From Verrucomicrobiota bacterium (lineage in GTDB: Bacteria > Verrucomicrobiota > Verrucomicrobiia > Opitutales > Opitutaceae): a stretch of 64,000 bases of DNA. The translations under genes and the position numbers were made by a program. The stretch spans positions 3,344 through 67,343 of the forward strand of contig JANYJB010000006.1 in the NCBI GenBank assembly GCA_025361935.1, in the 5' to 3' direction. Every line of letters begins with the position of its first letter. Within the stretch, counting starts at the first letter, position 1. The notes below the pieces were generated by a model, which ran no database searches, was not told the DNA's origin, and worked only from the letters and a program-made list of their open reading frames with translations. Shown here piece by piece: positions 38,960 to 47,909 of the stretch.

Positions 38960-40174
38960 ATGTTCGACTTCTACTTCCACCTCCCGCTCATCGTCCGCCT
39001 CGTCCTGCAGGCGATCGCGGTGATCCTGTTCATGTTTCCGGTCGCCGCCGCGTGCTCGATGGCCGAGCGTAAAGTCTGCGCCTGGATTCAAAACCGCCCC
39101 GGCCCGAACCGCACCATCGCGCCCATTGGCGGCTTGCTCACGCCTCTCGGCATCGTTGGCCGCATCCCGTTTCTCGGGCCGTTCCTCCAGCAGATGGGCA
39201 TCTTCCAGCTCGCAGCTGACGGCGGCAAGTTCACCTTCAAGGAAGACCCTGTTCCGGCCCACGTGAACAAGTTCTACTTCATCCTCGCCCCCATCGTGGC
39301 GATGATCCCCGCGCTCACCACCGTGGCAGTCGTTCCCGTCGGCGCCTACTACGCCGTGGTCAATGGTCAGACGATCCTCCAGCCCATCGTGCTGGCCAAC
39401 GTCGATATCGGCCTGCTCGCCGTGTTCGCCGTTTCCTCGCTCGGTGTTTACGCGGTGATTCTCGCCGGCTGGGCATCGAATTCCAAATACGCCTTCCTCG
39501 GCGGCGTCCGCGCCTCCGCCCAGCTCGTCTCGTATGAACTCGCGATGACGCTCTCCGTGCTGCCGTCCTTCCTCTGGATGAACAAGCCAGGCGGGCAGGG
39601 GACCCTGAGCCTCTTCGACGCCGTGCAAATGCAGAACGGCGTCTGGCACGGGTTCTCGATGGCCAGCCTCCACGGCATGTGGGGCGTGTTCTACATGCCT
39701 ATCTCGGCCTTCATTTTCCTCGTCGCCCTTTTCGCCGAAACCAACCGCGCTCCGTTCGACATGGCCGAGGCCGAGTCCGAACTCGTGGCGGGTTTTCACA
39801 CCGAATACGGCGCCTTCAAGTGGTCGCTCTTCTTTCTCGCCGAGTATTGCCACATGATCATCGGCTCCGCCGTGTGCATCCTGCTCTTCTTCGGCGGCTG
39901 GAACATCCTCCCCTGGATTCCGCTCACCACGCTCATTGACTGGCTCTCGCACTTCATCCCGTTTGCCGCGCATCCGCTCTTTATGGGTCTGGTCGGCATC
40001 GGCATCTTTGTTGGGAAAGTCTTTTCATTCATCTTTTTCTTCATGTGGGTCCGCTGGACGCTGCCGCGTTTCCGCTACGACCAAGTCATGCACCTCGGCT
40101 GGAAGAAGCTCCTGCCTCTCTCCATCGCCAACCTGATCTTCTACACGCTCGGCATCGCCCTGCTGCAAAAGTAA
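38960..40174 (+). CDS. nuoH: NADH-quinone oxidoreductase subunit H
   Basis: ERK..AWIQNRPGPNR, ASNSKYA, AETNRAPFD..EAESELVAGFHTEY, RWTLPRFRYDQ. Confidence 0.97.
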   Translation: MFDFYFHLPLIVRLVLQAIAVILFMFPVAAACSMAERKVCAWIQNRPGPNRTIAPIGGLLTPLGIVGRIPFLGPFLQQMGIFQLAADGGKFTFKEDPVPAHVNKFYFILAPIVAMIPALTTVAVVPVGAYYAVVNGQTILQPIVLANVDIGLLAVFAVSSLGVYAVILAGWASNSKYAFLGGVRASAQLVSYELAMTLSVLPSFLWMNKPGGQGTLSLFDAVQMQNGVWHGFSMASLHGMWGVFYMPISAFIFLVALFAETNRAPFDMAEAESELVAGFHTEYGAFKWSLFFLAEYCHMIIGSAVCILLFFGGWNILPWIPLTTLIDWLSHFIPFAAHPLFMGLVGIGIFVGKVFSFIFFFMWVRWTLPRFRYDQVMHLGWKKLLPLSIANLIFYTLGIALLQK

Positions 40175-40194
40175 TTTCCCAACTCTCCCGCGCC

Positions 40195-40734
40195 ATGGCC
40201 GTCATCCAAGTCGAACGCAAACCGCTCACCTTCGCCGAGCGCACCTACATTCCCCAGATCATCGGGGGGTTGTGGGTCACCCTTAAGCATTTCTTCCAGC
40301 CCACCGTCACGCTCCAGTATCCCGAGCAGCGCCCCGAGATTCCCAAGGGCTACCGTGGCGTGCCCACGCTGGTGAAAGATCCCAACGGTCGCGAAAAGTG
40401 CGTCTCCTGCCAGCTCTGCGAATTCGTCTGCCCGCCCAAGGCCATCCGCATCACCCCCGGCGAAATTTCCGCCGAGTCCGACAACGCCCACGTCGAGAAA
40501 GGCCCGCAGGCTTTCGACATTGATATGTTGCGCTGCATCTACTGCGGCCTGTGCCAGGAGGTCTGCCCCGAGGAGGCGATTTTCCTTCAGAACCAATTCT
40601 CCATGTCCGGCTACACCCGCGCCGAGATGGTCAACAACAAGGAACGCCTCTACGAACTCGGCGGCACGCTGCCCGACGAGCATCTCAAGTGGGACAAGAA
40701 AAAGACCGCCGAAGAACACGGCAACGCCCATTAA
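40195..40734 (+). CDS. nuoI: NADH-quinone oxidoreductase subunit I
   Basis: CVSCQLCEFVCP and CIYCGLCQEVCP; ATG 40195. Confidence 0.96.
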   Translation: MAVIQVERKPLTFAERTYIPQIIGGLWVTLKHFFQPTVTLQYPEQRPEIPKGYRGVPTLVKDPNGREKCVSCQLCEFVCPPKAIRITPGEISAESDNAHVEKGPQAFDIDMLRCIYCGLCQEVCPEEAIFLQNQFSMSGYTRAEMVNNKERLYELGGTLPDEHLKWDKKKTAEEHGNAH

Positions 40735-40745
40735 GCCCTTAATCC

Positions 40746-40875
40746 ATTTTACAAAAGGAAACGAAGTTAACGAAGAGCCTCCCGTTCATCGCGGCTCCAA
40801 ATTCCAAACGCTTTAGCCTTTGATCTAAAAATCACCCGCGCCGCTTCGTTACCTTCGTTATCTTCTGTTAAAAAT
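40746..40875. repeat. MITE-like element family C, copy 2 (nuoI-nuoJ)
   Basis: ATTTTACAAAAGGAAACGAAGTTAACGAAG ... CTTCGTTACCTTCGTTATCTTCTGTTAAAAAT. Confidence 0.85.
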
Positions 40876-40883
40876 TTTCGCCC

Positions 40884-41402
40884 ATGTCCTCCGACATCTT
40901 CTTCTATCTCTTCGCCGCTTTCACCACGGGCACGGCCCTGGCGGTGGTGCTCACCAAGAACACCGTCGCCTCGGCGCTCTCGCTCCTGCTCTGCCTCGTC
41001 GGCGTGGCCGGCGTCTTCATCCTGCTCGACGCCTTCCTCTTGGCCGCGCTGATGGTGTTTGTTTACGCGGGCGCCGTCGTCGCGTTGTTCCTCTTCATCA
41101 TCATGCTCCTCGATGCGCAGGGCGGCGACCGCAAGCCGTTCAAAAAGACGGCTTACGTCTCCGGCGGCATCGCCTTCGCGTTGCTCGTAGTCGGCGTGCT
41201 TTCGTTCTGGAAGAGCGGTCAGCAGACGACCGGCGAGCTCGGCTCCATCGTCCCCGTGGGCTCGACGCTCAAGAACTACGGCGAACAGCTCTTCACCACC
41301 TATCTCCTGCCCGTGCAGATCGTCGGCTTCCTGCTCCTCATCGCCATGCTCGGCGTGATCGTGCTCAGTAAAAAATTTGAAGGCTTGGAGGATATCAAAT
41401 GA
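40884..41402 (+). CDS. nuoJ: NADH-quinone oxidoreductase subunit J
   Basis: [25 protein letters not shown]; operon order. Confidence 0.94.
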   Translation: MSSDIFFYLFAAFTTGTALAVVLTKNTVASALSLLLCLVGVAGVFILLDAFLLAALMVFVYAGAVVALFLFIIMLLDAQGGDRKPFKKTAYVSGGIAFALLVVGVLSFWKSGQQTTGELGSIVPVGSTLKNYGEQLFTTYLLPVQIVGFLLLIAMLGVIVLSKKFEGLEDIK

Positions 41403-41704
41403 CCGTCGGTCTTAATCATTACCTGCTTCTCAGCGCCGTGCTGTTCGCCATCGGCTTCTTTGGCGTGCTGCTCCGCAAAAACACCCTGGTTATCTACATG
41501 TGCCTTGAGCTCATGCTGGTCGCCTCGACCGTCGCGCTCGTGGCGTTTTCGCGCTACAACAACACGATGGACGGCAATGTCTTCGTTTTTTTCATCCTCA
41601 CCGTGGCCGCCGCCGAGGTCGCCGTCGGCCTCGCCATCATCGTGGCGCTCTTCCGCCGCCGCCAGTCCATCGATGTCGCTGAACTCAACGCGCTGAAAAA
41701 CTGA
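41399..41704 (+). CDS. nuoK: NADH-quinone oxidoreductase subunit K
   Basis: [17 protein letters not shown]. Confidence 0.96.
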   Translation: MTVGLNHYLLLSAVLFAIGFFGVLLRKNTLVIYMCLELMLVASTVALVAFSRYNNTMDGNVFVFFILTVAAAEVAVGLAIIVALFRRRQSIDVAELNALKN

Positions 41705-41708
41705 CGCC

Positions 41709-43607
41709 ATGACGCCCACCTGCATCGCTCTCATCACCCTGCTCACGCCGCTCGTCTCTGCGGCGATCATCGCGCTTTTCCTGCGCAAACAAGGCGCGCT
41801 GTCCTCGACCATTTCGACGCTCGCCGCCGCCGTGGTCGCCGCCGGTGCGCTCATGCTCGCCTTCGGCGGACACCGTGACGCCTCCGTCAACGCCTCCGTC
41901 GAGTGGCTGAGGCTCGGTGACTTCGTCCTGTCGCTCGGCATCAAGTTTGACGATCTCGCCGCCCTCATGCTCTCGATCGTCGGCGTTGTCGGTCTCGCCG
42001 TCCACGTCTTCTCGCTCGGCTACATGCACGACGATGCCTCGAAGGCCCGCTTCTTCGGCGGTCTTTCGATTTTTATGTTTTCGATGATCGGCATCGTCCT
42101 CGCCGACAATCTCCTGATGATTTTCATCTTCTGGGAGCTCGTGGGTTTCAGCTCCTACGTCCTCATCAACCACTATCACGAAAAAGCGTCCGCCTCCGAC
42201 GCCTCGAAAAAAGCCTTCATCGTGAACCGCGTGGGCGACTTCGGTTTCCTCCTCGGCATCATCATGTGCTACTGGGCCAACGGCACGGTCAACCTCACCG
42301 AGCTCGGCCATCTTGGCGATACCCACGCCCTTGTTTACAGCCGCCTCATCCCGCTGCTCCTGTTCTGCGGCGCGGTCGGCAAGTCCGCCCAGATGCCGTT
42401 GCAGGTGTGGTTGCCCGACGCGATGGAAGGTCCGACGCCCGTCTCTGCCCTCATCCACGCCGCGACCATGGTCGCCGCCGGTATCTACATGCTCTGCCGC
42501 ATCCAGGTGCTCATGGTGCCCGATGCGTTGACGGTAATCATGTGGGTCGGCGCGATCACCGCGTTTTATGCGGCCCTCTGTGCGATCACTCAGAGTGACA
42601 TTAAAAAAGTCCTCGCTTACTCCACGCTCTCCCAGCTCGGCTACATGGTCGCCGCCTTTGGCCTCGGCTCTCTCGAACTGGTGCCCGATGGCAAGGAAGG
42701 CACGCTGGTGGTCATCTCCGCCGGCGTCGGCGCCGCGATGTTCCACCTCACGACGCACGCCTTCTTCAAGGCGCTGCTCTTCCTCGGTTCCGGCTCCGTG
42801 ATCCACGGCTGCCACCACGAGCAGGACATCTTCAAGATGGGCGGTCTTAAGAAAAAGATGCCGTTCACCTTTGTCACCTTCACGATCGGCGTCGCCGCGA
42901 TCTGCGGTCTGCCGTTCCTCTCCGGCTTCTTCTCCAAGGACGCGATCCTCCACCTCGCCCAGGAGAACAACAAAGCGGTCTTTGCGATCCTCGCGCTCAC
43001 CGCCGTCCTCACCGCCTTCTACATGGTGCGCATGTGGAAACTGACGTTCCTCGGCCAGCCCCGCAGCCACGAGGCCGAGCACGCCCACGAGGGTGGCCTG
43101 TCCATGACCGCCCCGCTTGCCGTGCTCGCGGTGCTGGCGCTTGTCGGCGGCTACGCCGGTCATTTTTTCAACATCTATGGCCGCGCCTTCCAAGGCGTCT
43201 GGTCGCAGATCCCCTTCGCCGAAGGTGCCGAGCCCTACGTCACGAGCATCGTGATCCTCGTAGTCGGTGCCGGTGCCGCGCTCTATTTCTACAAATCCGC
43301 CGCGACCGACACGCTGGAGGACAAAGCCCCCGCCGTTTTCGGATTTCTCTCCGTGGTCAAAGGCTCTCCCGACGCCGTTTACGACTGGTATGTCGCCAAG
43401 GTTCAGCAGCGTTTCGCGATGCTCCTGGAGTTCTTGGAGCGCATTTTCCTCTCCGGCCTGATCATCCGCGGCATCGTCTCCGGAACGGTCGGGCTTATCG
43501 GCATCGGGGCGCGTGCGCTCCATGTCGGCAGCCTGCACGCTTATGTTTACTGGTTCCTGTTTGGCTCCGCCCTCCTCTGGGCTTACGCCGCCGGATGGCT
43601 TTTCTAA
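41709..43607 (+). CDS. nuoL: NADH-quinone oxidoreductase subunit L
   Basis: GKSAQMPL.VWLPDAMEGPTPVSALIHAATMV, HAFFKALLFLGSGSVIH. Confidence 0.97.
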   Translation: MTPTCIALITLLTPLVSAAIIALFLRKQGALSSTISTLAAAVVAAGALMLAFGGHRDASVNASVEWLRLGDFVLSLGIKFDDLAALMLSIVGVVGLAVHVFSLGYMHDDASKARFFGGLSIFMFSMIGIVLADNLLMIFIFWELVGFSSYVLINHYHEKASASDASKKAFIVNRVGDFGFLLGIIMCYWANGTVNLTELGHLGDTHALVYSRLIPLLLFCGAVGKSAQMPLQVWLPDAMEGPTPVSALIHAATMVAAGIYMLCRIQVLMVPDALTVIMWVGAITAFYAALCAITQSDIKKVLAYSTLSQLGYMVAAFGLGSLELVPDGKEGTLVVISAGVGAAMFHLTTHAFFKALLFLGSGSVIHGCHHEQDIFKMGGLKKKMPFTFVTFTIGVAAICGLPFLSGFFSKDAILHLAQENNKAVFAILALTAVLTAFYMVRMWKLTFLGQPRSHEAEHAHEGGLSMTAPLAVLAVLALVGGYAGHFFNIYGRAFQGVWSQIPFAEGAEPYVTSIVILVVGAGAALYFYKSAATDTLEDKAPAVFGFLSVVKGSPDAVYDWYVAKVQQRFAMLLEFLERIFLSGLIIRGIVSGTVGLIGIGARALHVGSLHAYVYWFLFGSALLWAYAAGWLF

Positions 43608-43619
43608 AACGACTTCGTG

Positions 43620-45158
43620 ATGAACTCCCTGCCTGTTGACCTCCTTCTGCTGTCCATCGCGACGCCTCTGGTCGCCGCCCTGGCGATCTCCCTGGGGATG
43701 CCCCTGCGCCTCGCCAAGGGCCTTGCCGCCGCGGCGTTCGCCGTGCCCGCGCTCATCGCGCTGTTCCTCTGGAGCCGCTTCGCGGGAGAGACGCAGCACG
43801 CCACCTACGCCTTCCTCTCGGTTTACAACACCGGGTTGCAGGCCGTCGGCATCCATCTCTCGCTGGGATTGAACGGCATCTCCCTGCCGCTCTTCGTGCT
43901 CGCCGGCGTCGTCGGCCTCGCCGCCGGTCTCTACGCGATCCAGTCCAACGCCGAACGCCTCAAGACCTACCTCGTCCTCTTGCTCGTTATGCAGGGCGGC
44001 TTGATGGGCGTCTTCGCCAGTGTGGACATCTTCTTCTTCTACTTCTTCCACGAACTCGCGCTCATCCCGACCTTCATCATGGTCGGCATCTGGGGTGGCA
44101 AGGACCGCAACTACGCGGCCATGAAGATGACCATCTATCTCACGCTCGGCGCGATGTTGTCGTTGATCGGCCTCATCGCCCTCTACCACAAGAGCGGTGC
44201 CAACAGCTTCGACCTCATCGCCCTCCGCGCGGCCCTGCTCGAACACGGCCTCAAGGCCGCCGCCTCGAAATACATCTTCGGTCTGCTGATGTTCGGTTTC
44301 GGCATTCTGGTGTCGCTCTGGCCGTTTCACACCTGGGCACCCCTCGGCTACGGCGCCGCCCCCAGTTCCGCCGCCATGCTCCATGCGGGCGTGCTGAAAA
44401 AATTCGGTCTCTACGGCCTCGTCCAGATCGTCCTCCCGCTGCTTCCCCTCGGCGTGGCCGAGTGGGCCCGTCCCCTCGCGCTTCTCGCGGTCGTCGGCAA
44501 TCTTCTCGTGATTGGTTTCATCACCATCGCCCAGCGCGACCTCAAGCAGATGGTCGGTTACAGCTCGGTCATGCACATGGGCTACGCGTTCCTCGGCATC
44601 GCCACCTTCTCGGTGGCCGGCGCGGGTGGCGTTGTCCTGATGATGGTCGCGCACGGCTTCTCCGTCGCGCTGCTTTTCCTCCTCTCGACCAGCATCTATC
44701 ACCGCACCCAGACCTTCGACATGACGGAAATGGGCGGACTCGCGCAAAAAGCCCCCGTCATGGCCGCTTTCTTCGTCGCCGCCACCATGGCCAGCATCGG
44801 TCTCCCCGGCTTCGCCAATTTCTGGGGCGAGCTCGCGATCTTCGTCGCCGCGTGGCAGTTTTCTCCTTTGCTCACCGCGCTCTCCGTCACCGGCGTGGTG
44901 ATTTCCGCGATCTACGGCCTGCGCTCGGCCGCCCGCGTTTTCTTCGGACCGCAGACTGAGGCCTTCGCCAAGGTCGAAGCGACCAAGCCCGTCACCGACC
45001 TCACCTGCTGCGAAAAACTCCCCGCGCTCATCCTGATCGCCGCGCTCTTCTTCGTCGGCTTCTGGCCGCGCTCGATTTCCACCCAGCTCAACTCCGCGAT
45101 CGAGGCCATCTATCACCCGTCCGCCGCTGTCCAGGCTCCCGCCGCGACCGCCAAATAA
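43620..45158 (+). CDS. nuoM: NADH-quinone oxidoreductase subunit M
   Basis: WPFHTWAP, DLKQMVGYSSVMHMG, MASIGLPG..NF.GE. Confidence 0.95.
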   Translation: MNSLPVDLLLLSIATPLVAALAISLGMPLRLAKGLAAAAFAVPALIALFLWSRFAGETQHATYAFLSVYNTGLQAVGIHLSLGLNGISLPLFVLAGVVGLAAGLYAIQSNAERLKTYLVLLLVMQGGLMGVFASVDIFFFYFFHELALIPTFIMVGIWGGKDRNYAAMKMTIYLTLGAMLSLIGLIALYHKSGANSFDLIALRAALLEHGLKAAASKYIFGLLMFGFGILVSLWPFHTWAPLGYGAAPSSAAMLHAGVLKKFGLYGLVQIVLPLLPLGVAEWARPLALLAVVGNLLVIGFITIAQRDLKQMVGYSSVMHMGYAFLGIATFSVAGAGGVVLMMVAHGFSVALLFLLSTSIYHRTQTFDMTEMGGLAQKAPVMAAFFVAATMASIGLPGFANFWGELAIFVAAWQFSPLLTALSVTGVVISAIYGLRSAARVFFGPQTEAFAKVEATKPVTDLTCCEKLPALILIAALFFVGFWPRSISTQLNSAIEAIYHPSAAVQAPAATAK

Positions 45159-45177
45159 CCCGCTTACGTTTCCCGCG

Positions 45178-46713
45178 ATGCCGCACCTAGACCTTCTCAA
45201 AGCCGCCGCCGAGTCCAACCACTGGATGGCGATTCTCCCCGAGCTTCTGCTCGGCAGCCTCGCCCTGTTCCTGCTCGTGCTCGAACTCGTCCTCCCCAAG
45301 AAGCAGCACGACGTCATCCCCGCCGTGGCCATCATCGGCCAGATCGGCATTCTTCTCGGCCTGCTCCTCCGGCTTTATCCCTCGTTTAACGGACAATACA
45401 CCTTCAGCGGACTCCTCCATCACACCTCCAACGGCGAGTTCATGCGGGCGTTTTTCCTGCTCTCTTCGACCTTTGTCTGCGTGCTGGGCACGATCGCCCT
45501 CGCCAAGCAGAAGATGCCCCGCATCGAGTTCTTTAACATCGTGCTCGTTGTCTCGGCTGCGATGATGCTTCTCGCGCAGAGCAACAACTTCATCCTCCTC
45601 TTCGTCGCGCTCGAGACGGTTACGGTCGGGTTCTACATCCTCGTCAGTTATTTCCGCACCAACCCGCGTTCACTTGAAGCCGGCCTCAAATACCTGATCA
45701 CCGGCGCGCTCAGCTCCGGCCTGCTCCTCTTCGGCATCGTCCTCCTCTACGGCGTGGCGGGCAACCCGACGCTCCCCGGCTCCACGGCGAACTCGATGGA
45801 TTTCACCGCGCTGCACACCTTCCTCGCGGCCAACCCCAACAACTTCCTCGCCGCCATCGGCATCGTCCTCGTGCTCTCCGGCGTGGCCTTCAAGATCGGC
45901 GCCGTCCCCTTCCAGATTTGGATTCCCGATGTTTATCAAGGCGCGCCCACCCCCGTGACCGCGTTCCTCGCCGTCGCCTCAAAGGCCGCCGGTTTTTCCA
46001 TCCTCCTCATCCTTATGGGCGTGTTTGCGCCCTACAATCACCTCACGGTCACCGTGCTCTCGCTGATGGCGATGGCGACCATCCTCTTCGGCAATCTCGC
46101 CGCGCTCACCCAGCACAACGTCAAACGACTCATCGGCCTCTCCGGCGTTTCGCACGCGGGTTATTTGTTAATCGGCGTCATCGCGGCCTCCGTGCTGCCC
46201 TCCAATCTTGCCGGCCAAGCCGTGGGCGCGATCTACTTCTACCTGTTCGCCTACCTGCTCGCCTCGTTCGCGGTCTTTGGCGTGATGACGCACGTCGCCG
46301 GTGGCGATGACGCCGATCAGGAACTGGAACACTATTCCGAACTCGCCAAAACCCACCCCTTCCTTGGTGCGGTTCTGGCCATCGGCCTCGGTTCGCTGGC
46401 GGGCATTCCTCCGCTCGCCGGTTTCATGGGCAAGCTCCTCATCTTCGTCGCCGCCTTCAAGGCCGGCCTCTACACGCTACTGGTCGTCGCGATTATCGGC
46501 GTGGTTATCTCGATCTATTACTACTTCGGCTGGATCAAGGCCGCCTTCTTTGAAACCTGGCGCGCGCCGTTGCTCGAAGGCGAAACCGATCCCCGTCCGG
46601 TTCGCACCCCGGTCGGACTCGCCGCCGGCGTCATGCTGGCCTCGCTGGCCGTCGCAACCGTCGTCCTGGGTTTCTACCAAGGCTCGCTGGGCGTGTGGCT
46701 GCTGAACCGGTAG
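45178..46713 (+). CDS. nuoN: NADH-quinone oxidoreductase subunit N
   Basis: EAGLKY, FKIGAVPF..W.PDVYQGAPTPVT, SLAGIPPLAGF.GK. Confidence 0.96.
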   Translation: MPHLDLLKAAAESNHWMAILPELLLGSLALFLLVLELVLPKKQHDVIPAVAIIGQIGILLGLLLRLYPSFNGQYTFSGLLHHTSNGEFMRAFFLLSSTFVCVLGTIALAKQKMPRIEFFNIVLVVSAAMMLLAQSNNFILLFVALETVTVGFYILVSYFRTNPRSLEAGLKYLITGALSSGLLLFGIVLLYGVAGNPTLPGSTANSMDFTALHTFLAANPNNFLAAIGIVLVLSGVAFKIGAVPFQIWIPDVYQGAPTPVTAFLAVASKAAGFSILLILMGVFAPYNHLTVTVLSLMAMATILFGNLAALTQHNVKRLIGLSGVSHAGYLLIGVIAASVLPSNLAGQAVGAIYFYLFAYLLASFAVFGVMTHVAGGDDADQELEHYSELAKTHPFLGAVLAIGLGSLAGIPPLAGFMGKLLIFVAAFKAGLYTLLVVAIIGVVISIYYYFGWIKAAFFETWRAPLLEGETDPRPVRTPVGLAAGVMLASLAVATVVLGFYQGSLGVWLLNR

Positions 46714-46784
46714 GAGCCCATTTATGGGCGATAGCTTGCGCGATAAACAAAAGGTTATCGCATCGCCCGTAAACGGGCTCCTAC
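46710..46784. repeat. GTAG-type REP doublet (REPIN-like), family D
   Basis: GTAGGAGCCCATTTATGGGCGAT ... ATCGCCCGTAAACGGGCTCCTAC; its TAG is the nuoN stop. Confidence 0.85.
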
Positions 46785-46827
46785 GCCGGAAAATACCCTG
46801 AGATTACCAAGGATTTCCTCAACTTCC

Positions 46828-46857
46828 GCGCCGGGCCGAAACGCCCGGCGCTTTTTT
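46828..46857 (+). terminator. Intrinsic terminator of the nuo operon
   Basis: GCGCCGGGC-cgaaac-GCCCGGCGC-TTTTTT. Confidence 0.85.
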
Positions 46858-46877
46858 GCGTCCCGGCTTGGAGCCGC

Positions 46878-47792
46878 TCACTCTGCAAACGCGCTCGTCA
46901 CCGGCTTGCCGTCCCAATCTGCGGGCACCGGGATGCCGAGCAGCCAGAGGGCGGTTGCCGCCGTGTCGCACGTGCCGATGGGTGCGGTGAGTGACGTTTG
47001 TTTTTTCACGCCCTTTCCCCAAGCAATCCACGGGATGATGAGGTCGTCGGGAATGGCTAGGCCGTGGGTTTTGTCATGGCCGCCATGATCGGCCGTCAGG
47101 ATGACCACGCTGGAGTCGGCGATTCCCGCCTTGTTGATCGCATCCATCACGGTCTTCAGCGCGGCGTCGCAGTTGGCAAAAGCCTTGATCTGCTCCGGCG
47201 AACCCCAGCCGTATTTATGGCCGGCGGTGTCGGTGTCGGAAAAATGAATGAAGCACAGATTCGGTTTCAGTCCCTGGGCGAGCGCGGCGGCGAAAGCCTC
47301 GGCCACGGGCTTCGCCTCGACCTTGGATTTTTCCGCAGCTTTCGCATCGGCTGGCAGGTTTGGCAGGGGAAACACAAACGTGTCCACGGTGCCGGGCAGG
47401 TCGAGATGGCGGAACTTCACCTTCCCCACGAACATCGCGGTGGTGAAGCCGTGCTCCTTGGCGATGCTGAAAATCGTGGGCACCTTGACCAGCCCGAGCT
47501 CGGGTTTCCAGTCATTCCAGATGATGTGGTGTTTGAGCGGGGTCACGCCGGTGAGCATCGAGGTGTGCGAGGGCAGGGTGATGCACGGCATGATCGTCTG
47601 AGCCTCCCAGGTATGCGCGCCCTCGGTGGCCATGGACTTGAGGACTGGCATCTCGCTCTGCGCGATCACGGCGGGCTTTCCGCCGTCGAAACTGACGATG
47701 AAAACATGGTCTGCTCGCGGAGCGGCTGCGGACGCGACGACGGCGGTCATCAGAAAAAATCCTGTCAGGCGGGATAAAAACGGGTGATTCAT
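46878..47792 (-). CDS. Exported alkaline-phosphatase-superfamily (NPP/phosphodiesterase) protein
   Basis: Signal peptide, VFIVSFDG, ITLPSHTSMLTG, DTAGH.YGW, LTADHGG; start ATG 47792. Confidence 0.88.
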   Translation of the reverse strand: MNHPFLSRLTGFFLMTAVVASAAAPRADHVFIVSFDGGKPAVIAQSEMPVLKSMATEGAHTWEAQTIMPCITLPSHTSMLTGVTPLKHHIIWNDWKPELGLVKVPTIFSIAKEHGFTTAMFVGKVKFRHLDLPGTVDTFVFPLPNLPADAKAAEKSKVEAKPVAEAFAAALAQGLKPNLCFIHFSDTDTAGHKYGWGSPEQIKAFANCDAALKTVMDAINKAGIADSSVVILTADHGGHDKTHGLAIPDDLIIPWIAWGKGVKKQTSLTAPIGTCDTAATALWLLGIPVPADWDGKPVTSAFAE

Positions 47793-47909
47793 TGGGCGGG
47801 GGGATTTCTTGCCAGCATGAGGGCGTTTGCAACCTCGGCGAGAATTGATTCCCGCTGGTGATTTTCCTTCCCGCGCGGAGGGTTTTGCGGCACCGCTTGA
47901 GCCTACGTT

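Noticed and set aside
41685-45350. 1221-aa minus-strand ORF, and similar long ORFs at 1809-4352, 37685-39973 and 61782-63386
   Set aside because: Antisense shadows of well-supported genes, expected from high-GC codon bias; no motifs.
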